Made by a program: the position numbers and the translations under genes
Part shown: positions 1-8,833 of the stretch, piece by piece
Layout: each line of letters opens with the position of its first letter
Numbering within the stretch: the stretch's first letter is position 1
Notes under the pieces: generated by a model
The model's database searches: none
Told to the model about the DNA's origin: nothing
What the model saw: the letters and a program-made list of their open reading frames with translations, nothing else
Assembly (NCBI GenBank): GCA_017613015.1
Contig: JAGAEQ010000062.1
Span: 874-64,873 of the forward strand
Source: Bacteroidales bacterium
GTDB taxonomy: Bacteria > Bacteroidota > Bacteroidia > Bacteroidales > WCHB1-69
DNA: 64,000 nt
Direction: 5' to 3'

Positions 1-655
1 TTCCGAAATGGCTGATGTATAGCCAGGAAAGCAAATCGTCTATCGCGTCGCCCTGGGAAAGGCGCAGCTGCTCCTGCAAGGCATAGGGCGAGGGGTAGTC
101 GCTGCGGAGGCGGATTTTCGCGGCGCGGACGGCGGCCGGGCTGCTGACATAGGCTAAAAAAGTCTCCCAGGCGTCCCCTTCAAAACTCTGGTACAGGCGG
201 TGCAGTATGGCGGCGGCGGCTTCGCTGGACAGCTGCGGGTCGTAGCGTTCGTCGTACATCGAATCCATGCGCAGGCCGTAGCGGACGCCCTCAAGGTAGG
301 AGAGACCCCAAAAACCCCTTAGCCCCCCCTCCTGGTAGCGTATATCCATTTTGCTGATTACCAAAGGTATGTATTGAAAAACAGGGGGGAGTTCGTACTT
401 GGAGAGGGCTTGGGCGAAAAGCGGCTGGTAGCTGTAGAACACCGCCATGGTCTCTTTCATGCGGTAAGGCGCCTGCCGTTCCTTCTGCTTCGTCATTTCC
501 GCCAAGGCGGGCGAGTAGGGTATGCGCAAGGGCTTGATTTGCTGCGAGACACGCTGGTGGTAAAGGCTGTCCGACTGGGCGTGCAGGCACACAGGCGCAA
601 AGGGGTATGTGACGCTCCAGAGAATCAATAGCAGAAAGGGTGCGCGGAGGTTCAT
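1..655 (-). CDS. SLT-like (lytic transglycosylase family) protein, N-terminal part; the gene runs off the window start
   Basis: Not in the ORF track because it has no stop inside the window. Hand translation of the - strand from ATG 655..653 gives MNLRAPFLLLILWSVTYPFAPVCLHAQ (signal peptide). It continues ...YIPLVISKMD...GFWGL...DERYDPQLSSEAAAAILHRLY...AYVSS, which aligns with the SLT core of the 57296..58702 protein. The start overlaps the nusB stop (ATGA). Confidence 0.5.
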   Translation of the reverse strand, partial: MNLRAPFLLLILWSVTYPFAPVCLHAQSDSLYHQRVSQQIKPLRIPYSPALAEMTKQKERQAPYRMKETMAVFYSYQPLFAQALSKYELPPVFQYIPLVISKMDIRYQEGGLRGFWGLSYLEGVRYGLRMDSMYDERYDPQLSSEAAAAILHRLYQSFEGDAWETFLAYVSSPAAVRAAKIRLRSDYPSPYALQEQLRLSQGDAIDDLLSWLYISHFG

Positions 656-1620
656 CCCATCAGCCCTCTTCCCTGCTTGTGCAGGCGTTTTTCGCTGCGC
701 AGAAGTTGCAGGGCCTTGTCTAACACCCCGTTGATGAAAATACGGCTTTTGGGGGTGCTATAGTGTTTTGCGATTTCAATGTATTCGTTCATGGTGACAC
801 GGATGGGGATGGACGGCATGTGCATGAATTCGCACAGCGCCATTTTGAGCAGCAGCATGTCCATGGTCGCGATACGGTCCATTTCCCAGTTGTGGATGCA
901 CTGCTCAATGATTTCCTCGTAGGCTTTGTCGTGGGCAAGTGTCTGGGTGAACAGCTCTTCCAGAAAAACCTCGTCTTCCGGGCGGCCGCCGTCCGGGTTG
1001 GGTTTGTACAGGGCGGGAAGGGCTTTGTCCGTCTTCTGCCGTTCCGTGTATTTCTTCAAATGGTTGTATACCGCGATGATGGCGTCGTTGTAGTCGGTGC
1101 GCCAGCGCAGGCGCGTCTCTCCCAAATAGTTGGCGCATTCCTCGTTTTCAAGCAGGAAAAGCTCCACTAATTGCAGCACGAAGGTTTTGTCCTCCTCGTA
1201 GGCGTTTTCCCCGGATTTCAGGTAGCGGGTGTAGAAGTCCTGGTTGCTCAAGGTGGTGTAGAAGGGTTTCAGGAAAAGCTGGTCCAGGTCGTTGTCCCAT
1301 CCGCATGCGTAGTCCCGTATGGCTTTTTCCAGTACGGGGTTCTCGTCCAATTGGCGTATCAGGCGGTTTTCGGAGAACTTGTAGTTGGGTCGCAAATCCT
1401 CTTCGGAGGGAAGCAGCCTCCCTTTTTTCAGCTCAAGTATTTTCGCATCCATGCGGGTCAGGGCGGGAAGCAGGGCCAGCAGCCGCACAAAAAGGGCGTA
1501 AAACTCCGTCATGGCGTGCTTCAGGCGTTTTTCCGCCGCCAAAGTGTCCTCCGAATGGGAGACCCTGTAGGCGTACAGCGCTTCTAATACTTTAATCCTT
1601 ATAAAATTGCGACTTACCAT
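652..1620 (-). CDS. nusB: transcription antitermination factor NusB (long Bacteroidetes form)
   Basis: The track ORF is 652..1791. I chose the internal ATG at 1620 (MVSRNFIRIKVLEALYAY...), which lies 21 nt downstream of a TAnnTTTG box. The NusB core is present: DRIATMDMLLLKMALCEF...IEIAKHYSTPKSRIFINGVLDK. Confidence 0.85.
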   Translation of the reverse strand: MVSRNFIRIKVLEALYAYRVSHSEDTLAAEKRLKHAMTEFYALFVRLLALLPALTRMDAKILELKKGRLLPSEEDLRPNYKFSENRLIRQLDENPVLEKAIRDYACGWDNDLDQLFLKPFYTTLSNQDFYTRYLKSGENAYEEDKTFVLQLVELFLLENEECANYLGETRLRWRTDYNDAIIAVYNHLKKYTERQKTDKALPALYKPNPDGGRPEDEVFLEELFTQTLAHDKAYEEIIEQCIHNWEMDRIATMDMLLLKMALCEFMHMPSIPIRVTMNEYIEIAKHYSTPKSRIFINGVLDKALQLLRSEKRLHKQGRGLMG

Positions 1621-1640
1621 CGTGTTTTGTTCATGCGCTG

Positions 1641-1648
1641 CAAAAATA
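1641..1648 (-). promoter_or_regulatory. Bacteroides-type -7 promoter box (TATTTTTG on - strand) for nusB
   Basis: Forward caaaaata is TATTTTTG on the - strand, matching TAnnTTTG, 21 nt upstream of the nusB ATG. Confidence 0.45.
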
Positions 1649-1751
1649 TACCAAATCCCAATACAAAGCGGGATGCGGCCAAAAAAAATATGCTTTCGGC
1701 TTGCAGGGCGATTTTTTTCGGGGAATCCTGCGGAAGTATCCATAAAAATTC

Positions 1752-1759
1752 TACTTTTG
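1752..1759 (+). promoter_or_regulatory. Bacteroides-type -7 promoter box TACTTTTG
   Basis: ctACTTTTGca context identical to the boxes upstream of both tRNAs. It lies 90 nt upstream of the ATG at 1850. Confidence 0.4.
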
Positions 1760-1849
1760 CACAGCCGTCCGGCAAAACCGCGGGCAGACACGCCGTTTCC
1801 CTTGCGGGCGGGCGGAGTTTTATTGTTGTTTAATGTAAGAAAATGCGTT

Positions 1850-2554
1850 ATGAAGAAAACTGATTGCTTAGTCCTTGCGTTGGTAATCCTTTTTTTGGCC
1901 CCTTTTTTCCTTTTCGACAGCGTGTATGAGGGCTATAAGGCCTGGAACCATGCCAATGCCATGTCAATGGCGTTCCTGAAATTCGCCATACTGGCCACTT
2001 TCGGGGAAATGCTGGGGCTTCGTATCAAAACAGGACATTACTGGGAAAAGGGCTTCGGCATCGTCCCGCGCATGGTGGTGTGGGGCGTGTTTGGCATGTG
2101 GATTGCCGCCGCCATGGGCATTTTCCGCATGGGAGTGCCTGCTTTTTTGGACACCTTCACTATCTTTGACGGCATAGGGGAGGCCATGAAGGGTGATTTC
2201 GGCGGTATGAAGCTGCTGGGCGCCTTCTGCATCAGCCTGATGATGAACACCAGTTTCGCGCCGGTTTTCATGACCATGCACAAAATCCTTGACACCCAGA
2301 TTGCCAAGCACGAGGGCCGTTTCTCCAGCCTGACCACCCCGCTTCCGATGGAAGCCTTCATCAGCTCCTTGAACTGGAAAGTCCAGTGGGGCTTTGTCTT
2401 CAAAAAGACCATTCCCATTTTCTGGATTCCCGCCCATACCGTCACCTTCCTGCTGCCTCAGGACATGCAGGTGCTTTTCGCCGCCCTGTGCAGCGTGGCC
2501 TTAGGGCTTTTCCTTTCCATAGCCGCTGTCAAATCCAAAAACGCGCAAGCATGA
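1850..2554 (+). CDS. integral membrane protein of unknown function
   Basis: ORF 1607..2554; first plausible ATG at 1850 (MKKTDCLVLALVILFLAPFF). It has several hydrophobic segments. Its stop overlaps the next start (ATGA at 2551). Confidence 0.6.
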   Translation: MKKTDCLVLALVILFLAPFFLFDSVYEGYKAWNHANAMSMAFLKFAILATFGEMLGLRIKTGHYWEKGFGIVPRMVVWGVFGMWIAAAMGIFRMGVPAFLDTFTIFDGIGEAMKGDFGGMKLLGAFCISLMMNTSFAPVFMTMHKILDTQIAKHEGRFSSLTTPLPMEAFISSLNWKVQWGFVFKKTIPIFWIPAHTVTFLLPQDMQVLFAALCSVALGLFLSIAAVKSKNAQA

Positions 2555-3300
2555 AAATACCCAGGAACAAACGTTACGATTACATTATAGAGCCCAAGGA
2601 CGTCGATTTGGCGGGCCGGGCCACCATGGTCTCCATTTTCGACTACATGATGCGGACCTCCCACCTGGACTCCCAACGGCATAAACTGGGTGTGTACCAG
2701 ATACGCAAGCAGAACCTGGCCTGGGTGATTTCCCGGGCGGTGGTGGAAGTGAACACCGTGCTGCGCGACATGGACCCCTTCAAGGTGGTGACTTGGGTCA
2801 GCGAGTGCAACCGCATCGCCTGTGTGCGTAACTTTCTGATGCTAAATGCGGAAGGTAAGGAAATCGGCCACGCGGTCACCCAGTGGTCCATGATTGACTT
2901 CACCACCCGCGAGGCGGTCAACCTGCTGAAGCTGCCGCGCATCATCCGTCACCTGCATCCGGAATACCCCACCTGCGGACTGTATCCGAAAAAGCTTCAT
3001 CCTTTGGAAAATCCGGATCGGGCCATACGCAACGAGCACAAGGTGGTGTACAGCGATTTGGATTTCAACGGGCATGTCAATAGCCTGAAATACATCCAAT
3101 GGATGCTGGACCAGATGCCGATAGAGTGGGCTTCCAACCATCAGCTGTGGCGTTTCGATGTCAATTACATCCACGAGATGCACTGGGGGGAGAACCCCTA
3201 CATTCTGACCCAGTTGGAGGGCGACACCACCTTTTTTGAGATTTGCGGCGGGGATGGCCGCGTGGCCTGCCGCGCCCGTATGGAATGGCGTGATTTTTAA
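2551..3300 (+). CDS. acyl-[acyl-carrier-protein] thioesterase (FatA/B-like double hot-dog)
   Basis: ATG 2551 (MKIPRNKRYDYIIEPKDVDLAGR...). Motifs seen: NLAWVISRAVVEV..., VVTWVSE, TQWSMIDFTTREAV, YSDLDFNGHVNSLKYIQWMLD. Confidence 0.8.
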   Translation: MKIPRNKRYDYIIEPKDVDLAGRATMVSIFDYMMRTSHLDSQRHKLGVYQIRKQNLAWVISRAVVEVNTVLRDMDPFKVVTWVSECNRIACVRNFLMLNAEGKEIGHAVTQWSMIDFTTREAVNLLKLPRIIRHLHPEYPTCGLYPKKLHPLENPDRAIRNEHKVVYSDLDFNGHVNSLKYIQWMLDQMPIEWASNHQLWRFDVNYIHEMHWGENPYILTQLEGDTTFFEICGGDGRVACRARMEWRDF

Positions 3301-3309
3301 GCGATAGCC

Positions 3310-5574
3310 TTAAAGTTTTTCCTTGCCCAACAGCCGGGGCATGTGCTTGCGTTCGCCCGCCACCCAAACCACGTCGTCCAGTTCGAAGGTCGTGGAGGCC
3401 TGAGGGTTCATCAGCATGCTTCCTTGGCGTTCTATGCCAATCACCATGAAGCCGAGTTCGCGCACATTGGTTTCTTTCAGTGTTTTCTGCAGGAAGGGGA
3501 AATCCGGCTCCACCACAAAGGAGTAGAAGCCCACGTTTTTTACATAGGCGTTTTGCTGCGCTTCAACGTCCATGTACTGAATGTCTTTCATGAAATCTTC
3601 CAGCTGCTGGTCACTTCCAAGCACCAATAGCTTGTCGTTAGGGTAGATGTGCTCATCGGGGGAGGGCAGGGTGATGGCATGGCTTCCCCGCTTGATTTTC
3701 ACGATGTTGATGCCGTATTTCCGCCGGAAGTCGGATTCGGCCAAGGTTTTTCCCACGTAGGGTGAATCCGCCGACACACGTATGCCTTCCAAATGGATGT
3801 CGTTGCCTGCAAAGCGCTTGTTGTAAGAGTATTCCAAAGGGTTTTCCTTTTGGGCGAGCGTTTCCTTGGCGTTGAGGTTGGACTGGAAATGGCTTTCAAT
3901 GCGGCTGTAGCGTCTCAAGGTTTTCTCCGAGAAGGCGATGAAGAAGAAAATCGCCACCGCGAACAGCAGGATAATCCAGGGAGAGTATTTGAAATGCTTG
4001 AAAAGCACGCTTGAAACGAAGAAAAAGACCATGAACACCTTGAGCAATACCAAGGCAATCAGGCCGCTGCGGTTGAAACGGCCGTTGTTCCACAGCCGGA
4101 AATAGATTTGTCCCGACTGCCGGTTCTGGTTCAGCAGCCCCCGCAGGAAGGGCGCCATCGCAATCAGTGTGACGCCTGCGTTGATGCAGCCGATGAGGAA
4201 GGGGGAGAACTCCTCTCCGAGGTGTTTCCACACAAAGGGCGACAGCCATTGGAAGGAGGCTAACAGTATGGCCGCCAGAATCACTCCGTAGATGAGTATC
4301 TTTTTCAGGTAGGTTTTGAGCAACGTCCGCCATTCGCTTTCCTGGTTCACTGTATGGGAGCGGCCTTGGTGGAGGGCAAGCCTCGCTTTCCATCGGGCGG
4401 GCATACGCTCCTCCATCCAGGTGGCGATGGGTTCGGCGAAGCGGATGCAGTAGGGCGTGGTAAAAGTGGTGATGACAGAAACGGCCACAATCACCGGGTA
4501 AATGTAGGCGTCCATCACGCCGAGGGAATTGCCGAGAGTGGCTATAATGAACGCAAACTCACCGATTTGGGAAAGGCTCATGCCGGTTTGCACCGCCACT
4601 TTGAGGGATTCGCCCGAAAGCAGCACGCCCAAGGCGGTCATGCTGGATTTGACGAAAATGGTGACGAGCGAAAGAATCAGTATGGGCAGCCAGTAGGAGA
4701 CCAGAATCTGCGGGTCCACCATCATGCCGACCGAGACAAAAAAGATGGCCCCAAAGATGTCTTTGGTTCCTTTCATCAGTTTTTCAATGCGATGGCCTTC
4801 CACGGTCTCTCCCAAAATGGAGCCCATGACAAAGGCGCCGAGGGCGGAGGAGAAGCCCAGACTGGTGGCTAAGGCCACCATGCCGAAACACAGTCCGATG
4901 GAAATGATGAGCAGGGTCTCCTCGTTAATGAGTTTCTTGCCTTTTTTGAAAAAGGATGGAAACACATAAATACCGATAAGAAACCATAAAATAATGAAAA
5001 ACACCAATTTGACAATGCTCATGAGCAGGTCCTTGCCACCCACGCCGGAATGCGCGGCGATGGACGGCAGCAGCACCATCATGAGAATGGCTACCAAGTC
5101 CTGGATAATCAGCACCACCAAGGTGATGTCCGCGAATTTCTGCTTTTTGACTCCCATGTCGGCAAAGGCCTTGATGACAATGGTGGTGGACGACATGGCC
5201 AGCATGCCCCCCAGAAAGACGCTCTCAATGGTGGTCCATCCCAGCAGGTAGCCGGTCATGAAACCGGCCAGAAACACCGTGATGATTTCCACACCGGCGG
5301 TGGTGAAGGCGGTGCTTCCGACCTGAAACAGGCGTTTGAAGCTGAATTCCAGTCCCAAGGCGAACAGCAGAAAGATGATGCCTATTTCCGACCATTCGCT
5401 GATGACAGCCTGTTCCATGATGGTCGGGAAGAGGTTGAAATGCGGCCCGACCAGAAATCCGGCCACAATGTAGCCCAGCACCAGCGGCTGTTTCAAGGCT
5501 TTGAAAACAATGGTGGTGATTCCTGCGGAAATCAGGATGAGGGCAAGGTCCGTTACCAGATGAAGGTCTTCCAT
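3310..5574 (-). CDS. cation:proton antiporter (CPA2/Kef-type) with two C-terminal RCK_C (TrkA-C) domains
   Basis: ATG 5574 (MEDLHLVTDLALILISAGITTIVFKALKQPLVLGYIVAGFLVGP) avoids overlap with argS. There are about 12 TM segments and two TrkA-C-like repeats (GKTLAESDFRRKYGINIVKIKRG...; LQKTLKETNVRELGFMVIGIERQG...). Confidence 0.85.
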   Translation of the reverse strand: MEDLHLVTDLALILISAGITTIVFKALKQPLVLGYIVAGFLVGPHFNLFPTIMEQAVISEWSEIGIIFLLFALGLEFSFKRLFQVGSTAFTTAGVEIITVFLAGFMTGYLLGWTTIESVFLGGMLAMSSTTIVIKAFADMGVKKQKFADITLVVLIIQDLVAILMMVLLPSIAAHSGVGGKDLLMSIVKLVFFIILWFLIGIYVFPSFFKKGKKLINEETLLIISIGLCFGMVALATSLGFSSALGAFVMGSILGETVEGHRIEKLMKGTKDIFGAIFFVSVGMMVDPQILVSYWLPILILSLVTIFVKSSMTALGVLLSGESLKVAVQTGMSLSQIGEFAFIIATLGNSLGVMDAYIYPVIVAVSVITTFTTPYCIRFAEPIATWMEERMPARWKARLALHQGRSHTVNQESEWRTLLKTYLKKILIYGVILAAILLASFQWLSPFVWKHLGEEFSPFLIGCINAGVTLIAMAPFLRGLLNQNRQSGQIYFRLWNNGRFNRSGLIALVLLKVFMVFFFVSSVLFKHFKYSPWIILLFAVAIFFFIAFSEKTLRRYSRIESHFQSNLNAKETLAQKENPLEYSYNKRFAGNDIHLEGIRVSADSPYVGKTLAESDFRRKYGINIVKIKRGSHAITLPSPDEHIYPNDKLLVLGSDQQLEDFMKDIQYMDVEAQQNAYVKNVGFYSFVVEPDFPFLQKTLKETNVRELGFMVIGIERQGSMLMNPQASTTFELDDVVWVAGERKHMPRLLGKEKL

Positions 5575-5614
5575 GGCTTGTTCGGAATGAAGGCGCGGAA
5601 AACGGTGGCCGGTG

Positions 5615-7402
5615 TCACATGCGTTCAGGGACAAGGATGCCCAACAGCCCCATCGCCCGGCGTATCACGTCGGCGGTGAAGGCGGAAATGCAGAGCCGCA
5701 GCTGCTGTTTCTGCGCGTCACTCTCCCGTAGAATGGGGCAGTCCTGGTAGAAGCGGTTGTAGCTTTTGGCCAGTTCGTAGGCGTAGTTGGCCAGCACCGC
5801 CGGGCTGAACTCTGCGGCGGCTTGCGCCACGGTAGCCGGGTAGTCGTACAAGTTGCGGATAATCTCCTTTTCAGGGTTTCCCAAAACGGCTTCGCCGCCG
5901 GGAAGCGTCTGTTGCGGGGTGAATCCGGCTTTGAGCAGCAGGGAGCGGATGCGGGCGTGGGTGTATTGGATGAAGGGCGCGGTGTTCCCGTTCAAGTCGA
6001 TGGACTCGTCCGGGTTGAACAGCATGTTCTTTTTCGGATCCACTTTCAAAATGAAGTATTTTAATGCGCCAATACCCACAATGTCAGCTAATTGTTTCGC
6101 CTCTTCCTCCGAGAAGGAGGTTTTGCCCAACTGGGCGGTGTTGGCGGCGGCCATGCCGGTCATGGTGTCCATCAGGTCGTCGGCGTCCACCACCGTGCCT
6201 TCCCTGGATTTCATTTTGCCGGAAGGCAGCTCCACCATACCGTAGGAAAGGTGGTAGATGGTTTTTCCCCAGTCGTAGTCCAATTTTTTCCCCAGAATGA
6301 GTTTCAGCACGTCGAAATGGTAGTTCTGCTCGTTGCCCACCACGTAAATCATGCGGGTGGGGTGGAACTCGTTGTAGCGGGTCAGGGCTGTCCCCAAATC
6401 CTGGGTGATGTACACGGAAGTCCCGTCCGAGCGCAGCAGCACCTTCTCGTCCAATCCTTCATCCTCCAGATGGATGCGCACCGAGCCGTCGCTGTGGCGG
6501 TAGAACACTTTTTTGTCCAATCCTTCCTTGACAATCTCTTTGCCTAAAAGATAAGTATTTGATTCGTAATATGTTTTGTCGAAAGCTATGCCCATTCTGC
6601 GGTAGGTGGTGTCAAAGCCCGCGTACACCCATGCGTTCATCATCTCCCACAGCTGGCGGGTTTCGGGATCGCCTTCCTCCCAGCGGCGGAGCATGGCCTG
6701 CGCCTCTTGCAGTATGGGTGCCTGTTTCGCGGCTTCCTCCTCCGGCACGCCCTTGGCCACAAGCTCCTGAATTTCCGCTTTATAGTGCTTGTCGAACTCC
6801 ACGTAGTATTTGCCGACCAAATGGTCCCCTTTCATTCCGGAGGACTCGGGGGTCTCGCCCTGCCCGTACCTTTGCCAGGCTATCATGGACTTGCAGATGT
6901 GTATACCTCTGTCATTCACTAAGTTCACCTTGATGACCCGCTTGCCGTCCGCCTCTAATATGCGGGAAACCGAATCGCCGAGCAGGTTGTTGCGCACATG
7001 CCCCAGATGCAGCGGTTTGTTGGTGTTGGGGGAGGAGAACTCAATCAGCACGGGGGCCGCGTCCTTCGCCGCCTGCTTGTGCCCGAACTGCGGGTCGGAG
7101 GCCGCCTCCCTGACAAAGCCTATCCATTCGGAAGGGCGCACGCTCAGGTTGAGGAACCCCTTGATAACGTTGTATTTCTCCAAAAAAGGAAGTTTGGCCA
7201 GCAGGGCGTCGCCCAACTGCCGGGCGGTGTCCTCGGGTTTGAGCCGGGAAAGTTTCAGCAGCGGGAACACCACAATGGTGAAATCCCCTTCAAACTCCTT
7301 TTTGGTCTTCTGTATGCTGAGGCTTTGCGCATCCGCTTGGCTATGGTATAGTTCCTGAATGCTTTCTGTCAGCGCTTGTGCGATTTTTGATTCAAATGAC
7401 AT
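5615..7402 (-). CDS. argS: arginine--tRNA ligase
   Basis: 595 aa with a class-I HIGH-type motif (SPNTNKPLHLGHVRN). The architecture is full-length ArgRS and it ends with the typical ...LVPERM. Confidence 0.95.
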   Translation of the reverse strand: MSFESKIAQALTESIQELYHSQADAQSLSIQKTKKEFEGDFTIVVFPLLKLSRLKPEDTARQLGDALLAKLPFLEKYNVIKGFLNLSVRPSEWIGFVREAASDPQFGHKQAAKDAAPVLIEFSSPNTNKPLHLGHVRNNLLGDSVSRILEADGKRVIKVNLVNDRGIHICKSMIAWQRYGQGETPESSGMKGDHLVGKYYVEFDKHYKAEIQELVAKGVPEEEAAKQAPILQEAQAMLRRWEEGDPETRQLWEMMNAWVYAGFDTTYRRMGIAFDKTYYESNTYLLGKEIVKEGLDKKVFYRHSDGSVRIHLEDEGLDEKVLLRSDGTSVYITQDLGTALTRYNEFHPTRMIYVVGNEQNYHFDVLKLILGKKLDYDWGKTIYHLSYGMVELPSGKMKSREGTVVDADDLMDTMTGMAAANTAQLGKTSFSEEEAKQLADIVGIGALKYFILKVDPKKNMLFNPDESIDLNGNTAPFIQYTHARIRSLLLKAGFTPQQTLPGGEAVLGNPEKEIIRNLYDYPATVAQAAAEFSPAVLANYAYELAKSYNRFYQDCPILRESDAQKQQLRLCISAFTADVIRRAMGLLGILVPERM

Positions 7403-7414
7403 GTCTTGTATGCT

Positions 7415-8092
7415 TCAAAGGTTATAGTTTCTGCTTCCGAAAATGGCGCTGCCGATGCGCACCATGGTGCTGCCTTCCTCCACGGCAATCGGGTAGTCCC
7501 CGGTCATGCCCATGGAGATTTCCCTGAAATTTTCCTCTCCGGAGAAAAAATCCTGTTTCAGACGGTCGAAATAGGTTCTCAAGGTGCGGAACTCCTTGCG
7601 GACGAGCGTGCTGTCCTCCGTGTTGGTCGCCATGCCCATCACGCCGCAAAGCTCCACGTGACGCCATTCGCTGAACTCCGGCGAAACCAGCATGCGCACG
7701 GCTTCCTCGTAGGAAAACCCGAATTTGCTCTCCTCCGTGGCGATGTGGAACTGGAGCAGGCAGCGCACCCGGCGGTCCTGTTTGGCGGCCTGACGGTTCA
7801 CTTCGGCCAGCAGGTGGGCGCTGTCGATGCTGTGGATGCAGTCCACGAAGGGGATGATGTATTTGATTTTGTTGGTTTGCAGGTGTCCGATGAAATGCCA
7901 GGCGATGTCTTTGGGAAGATGCTCATGCTTGTCTCTCATTTCCAATGCCTTGTTTTCCCCGAAAAGCCGCTGTCCGGCCTCGTAAGCCTGAAGGATGTCC
8001 TCCTCCGGCTTGAATTTGGACACGGCGATAAGGCGGACTTGCTCGGGAAGGCGCTCCCGGATGTTGGCGATGTTTGCTGCGATAGAATTCAT
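7415..8092 (-). CDS. yggS: YggS-family pyridoxal-phosphate homeostasis protein
   Basis: ATG 8092 (MNSIAANIANIRERL...). Motifs: LIAVSKFKP (PLP Lys), FGENKALE, WHFIGHLQTNKIKYI, MGMTGDYPIAVEEGSTMVRIGSAIFG. Confidence 0.85.
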   Translation of the reverse strand: MNSIAANIANIRERLPEQVRLIAVSKFKPEEDILQAYEAGQRLFGENKALEMRDKHEHLPKDIAWHFIGHLQTNKIKYIIPFVDCIHSIDSAHLLAEVNRQAAKQDRRVRCLLQFHIATEESKFGFSYEEAVRMLVSPEFSEWRHVELCGVMGMATNTEDSTLVRKEFRTLRTYFDRLKQDFFSGEENFREISMGMTGDYPIAVEEGSTMVRIGSAIFGSRNYNL

Positions 8093-8148
8093 CTCTGCTT
8101 TCTGCTTCAAGTAGTTAAAACCATGCGGACACTTTTTTCCGCAAGCTG

Positions 8149-8156
8149 CAAAGATA
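8149..8156 (-). promoter_or_regulatory. Bacteroides-type -7 box (TATCTTTG on - strand) for yggS
   Basis: Forward caaagata is TATCTTTG on the - strand, 57 nt upstream of the yggS ATG. Confidence 0.35.
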
Positions 8157-8362
8157 GCATAAAATCCAATGCGATTCCCGTTTTTCCTGCGATTCCCTTT
8201 CCTGCGGACGGGAAAAAGCCAAGGCACTTCCAAAAATTTTTCCGTATAACTATTTGTGTTTTATAGGATAAGATGAAAATGCGAAAAAATAGGCGGCGGC
8301 GGATACAATAAATCGGATTTTTTTCAGATAATTCCAAAAGTACGAACTAAAAAAACATCTAC

Positions 8363-8833
8363 ATGAAAAAACTGCTGCTTTTGGCGCTGCTGGGTGTGTT
8401 CGCCGCCCCTGACATGGCGAACGCCCAGGCCGGTATGGCCGAACCGCCGTGTGTTGTCTACAAAACGAAGAAAAACTACGACCGCAATGTGGCGGTGGAG
8501 CTGTCCGAGGACCGCACCCACATCGTGAGCTACCCTCATCCGAGGGACGTGTATACCGGCGGAACCCTCTGCACCCCCGTCCGTCTGGCCCGGAATTTCC
8601 GACTGGACCGCAGGGGCATAGGACCGCATGTGGCCTTCCTCTCCGTCACCTATGAGGAGTACAGCCAATGGCAGGAGACCCCCAGTGTGGAAAAACTGGA
8701 ATCCCTGATTATCGACAGGAAGCCGCTGAAAAAGATGTACCGTTGCCCCAATCCCAATCCCGAACATCCGGAGGAGGCTTTGAACACGGCCATCCGCAAA
8801 GGGAAAAAAGGTTTTGAGGATTTGCTGAAATAA
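8363..8833 (+). CDS. hypothetical secreted protein
   Basis: 156 aa with signal peptide MKKLLLLALLGVFAAPDMANA. The stop overlaps the next start (TAATG at 8831..8835). No motif recognised. Confidence 0.55.
   Translation: MKKLLLLALLGVFAAPDMANAQAGMAEPPCVVYKTKKNYDRNVAVELSEDRTHIVSYPHPRDVYTGGTLCTPVRLARNFRLDRRGIGPHVAFLSVTYEEYSQWQETPSVEKLESLIIDRKPLKKMYRCPNPNPEHPEEALNTAIRKGKKGFEDLLK

Noticed and set aside
291-631. Track ORFs 291..590 (-) and 374..631 (+) at the window start.
   Set aside because: Both overlap a longer - strand frame that is open from 655 to the window edge. That frame has a signal peptide and SLT-family similarity, and they are out of frame with it.
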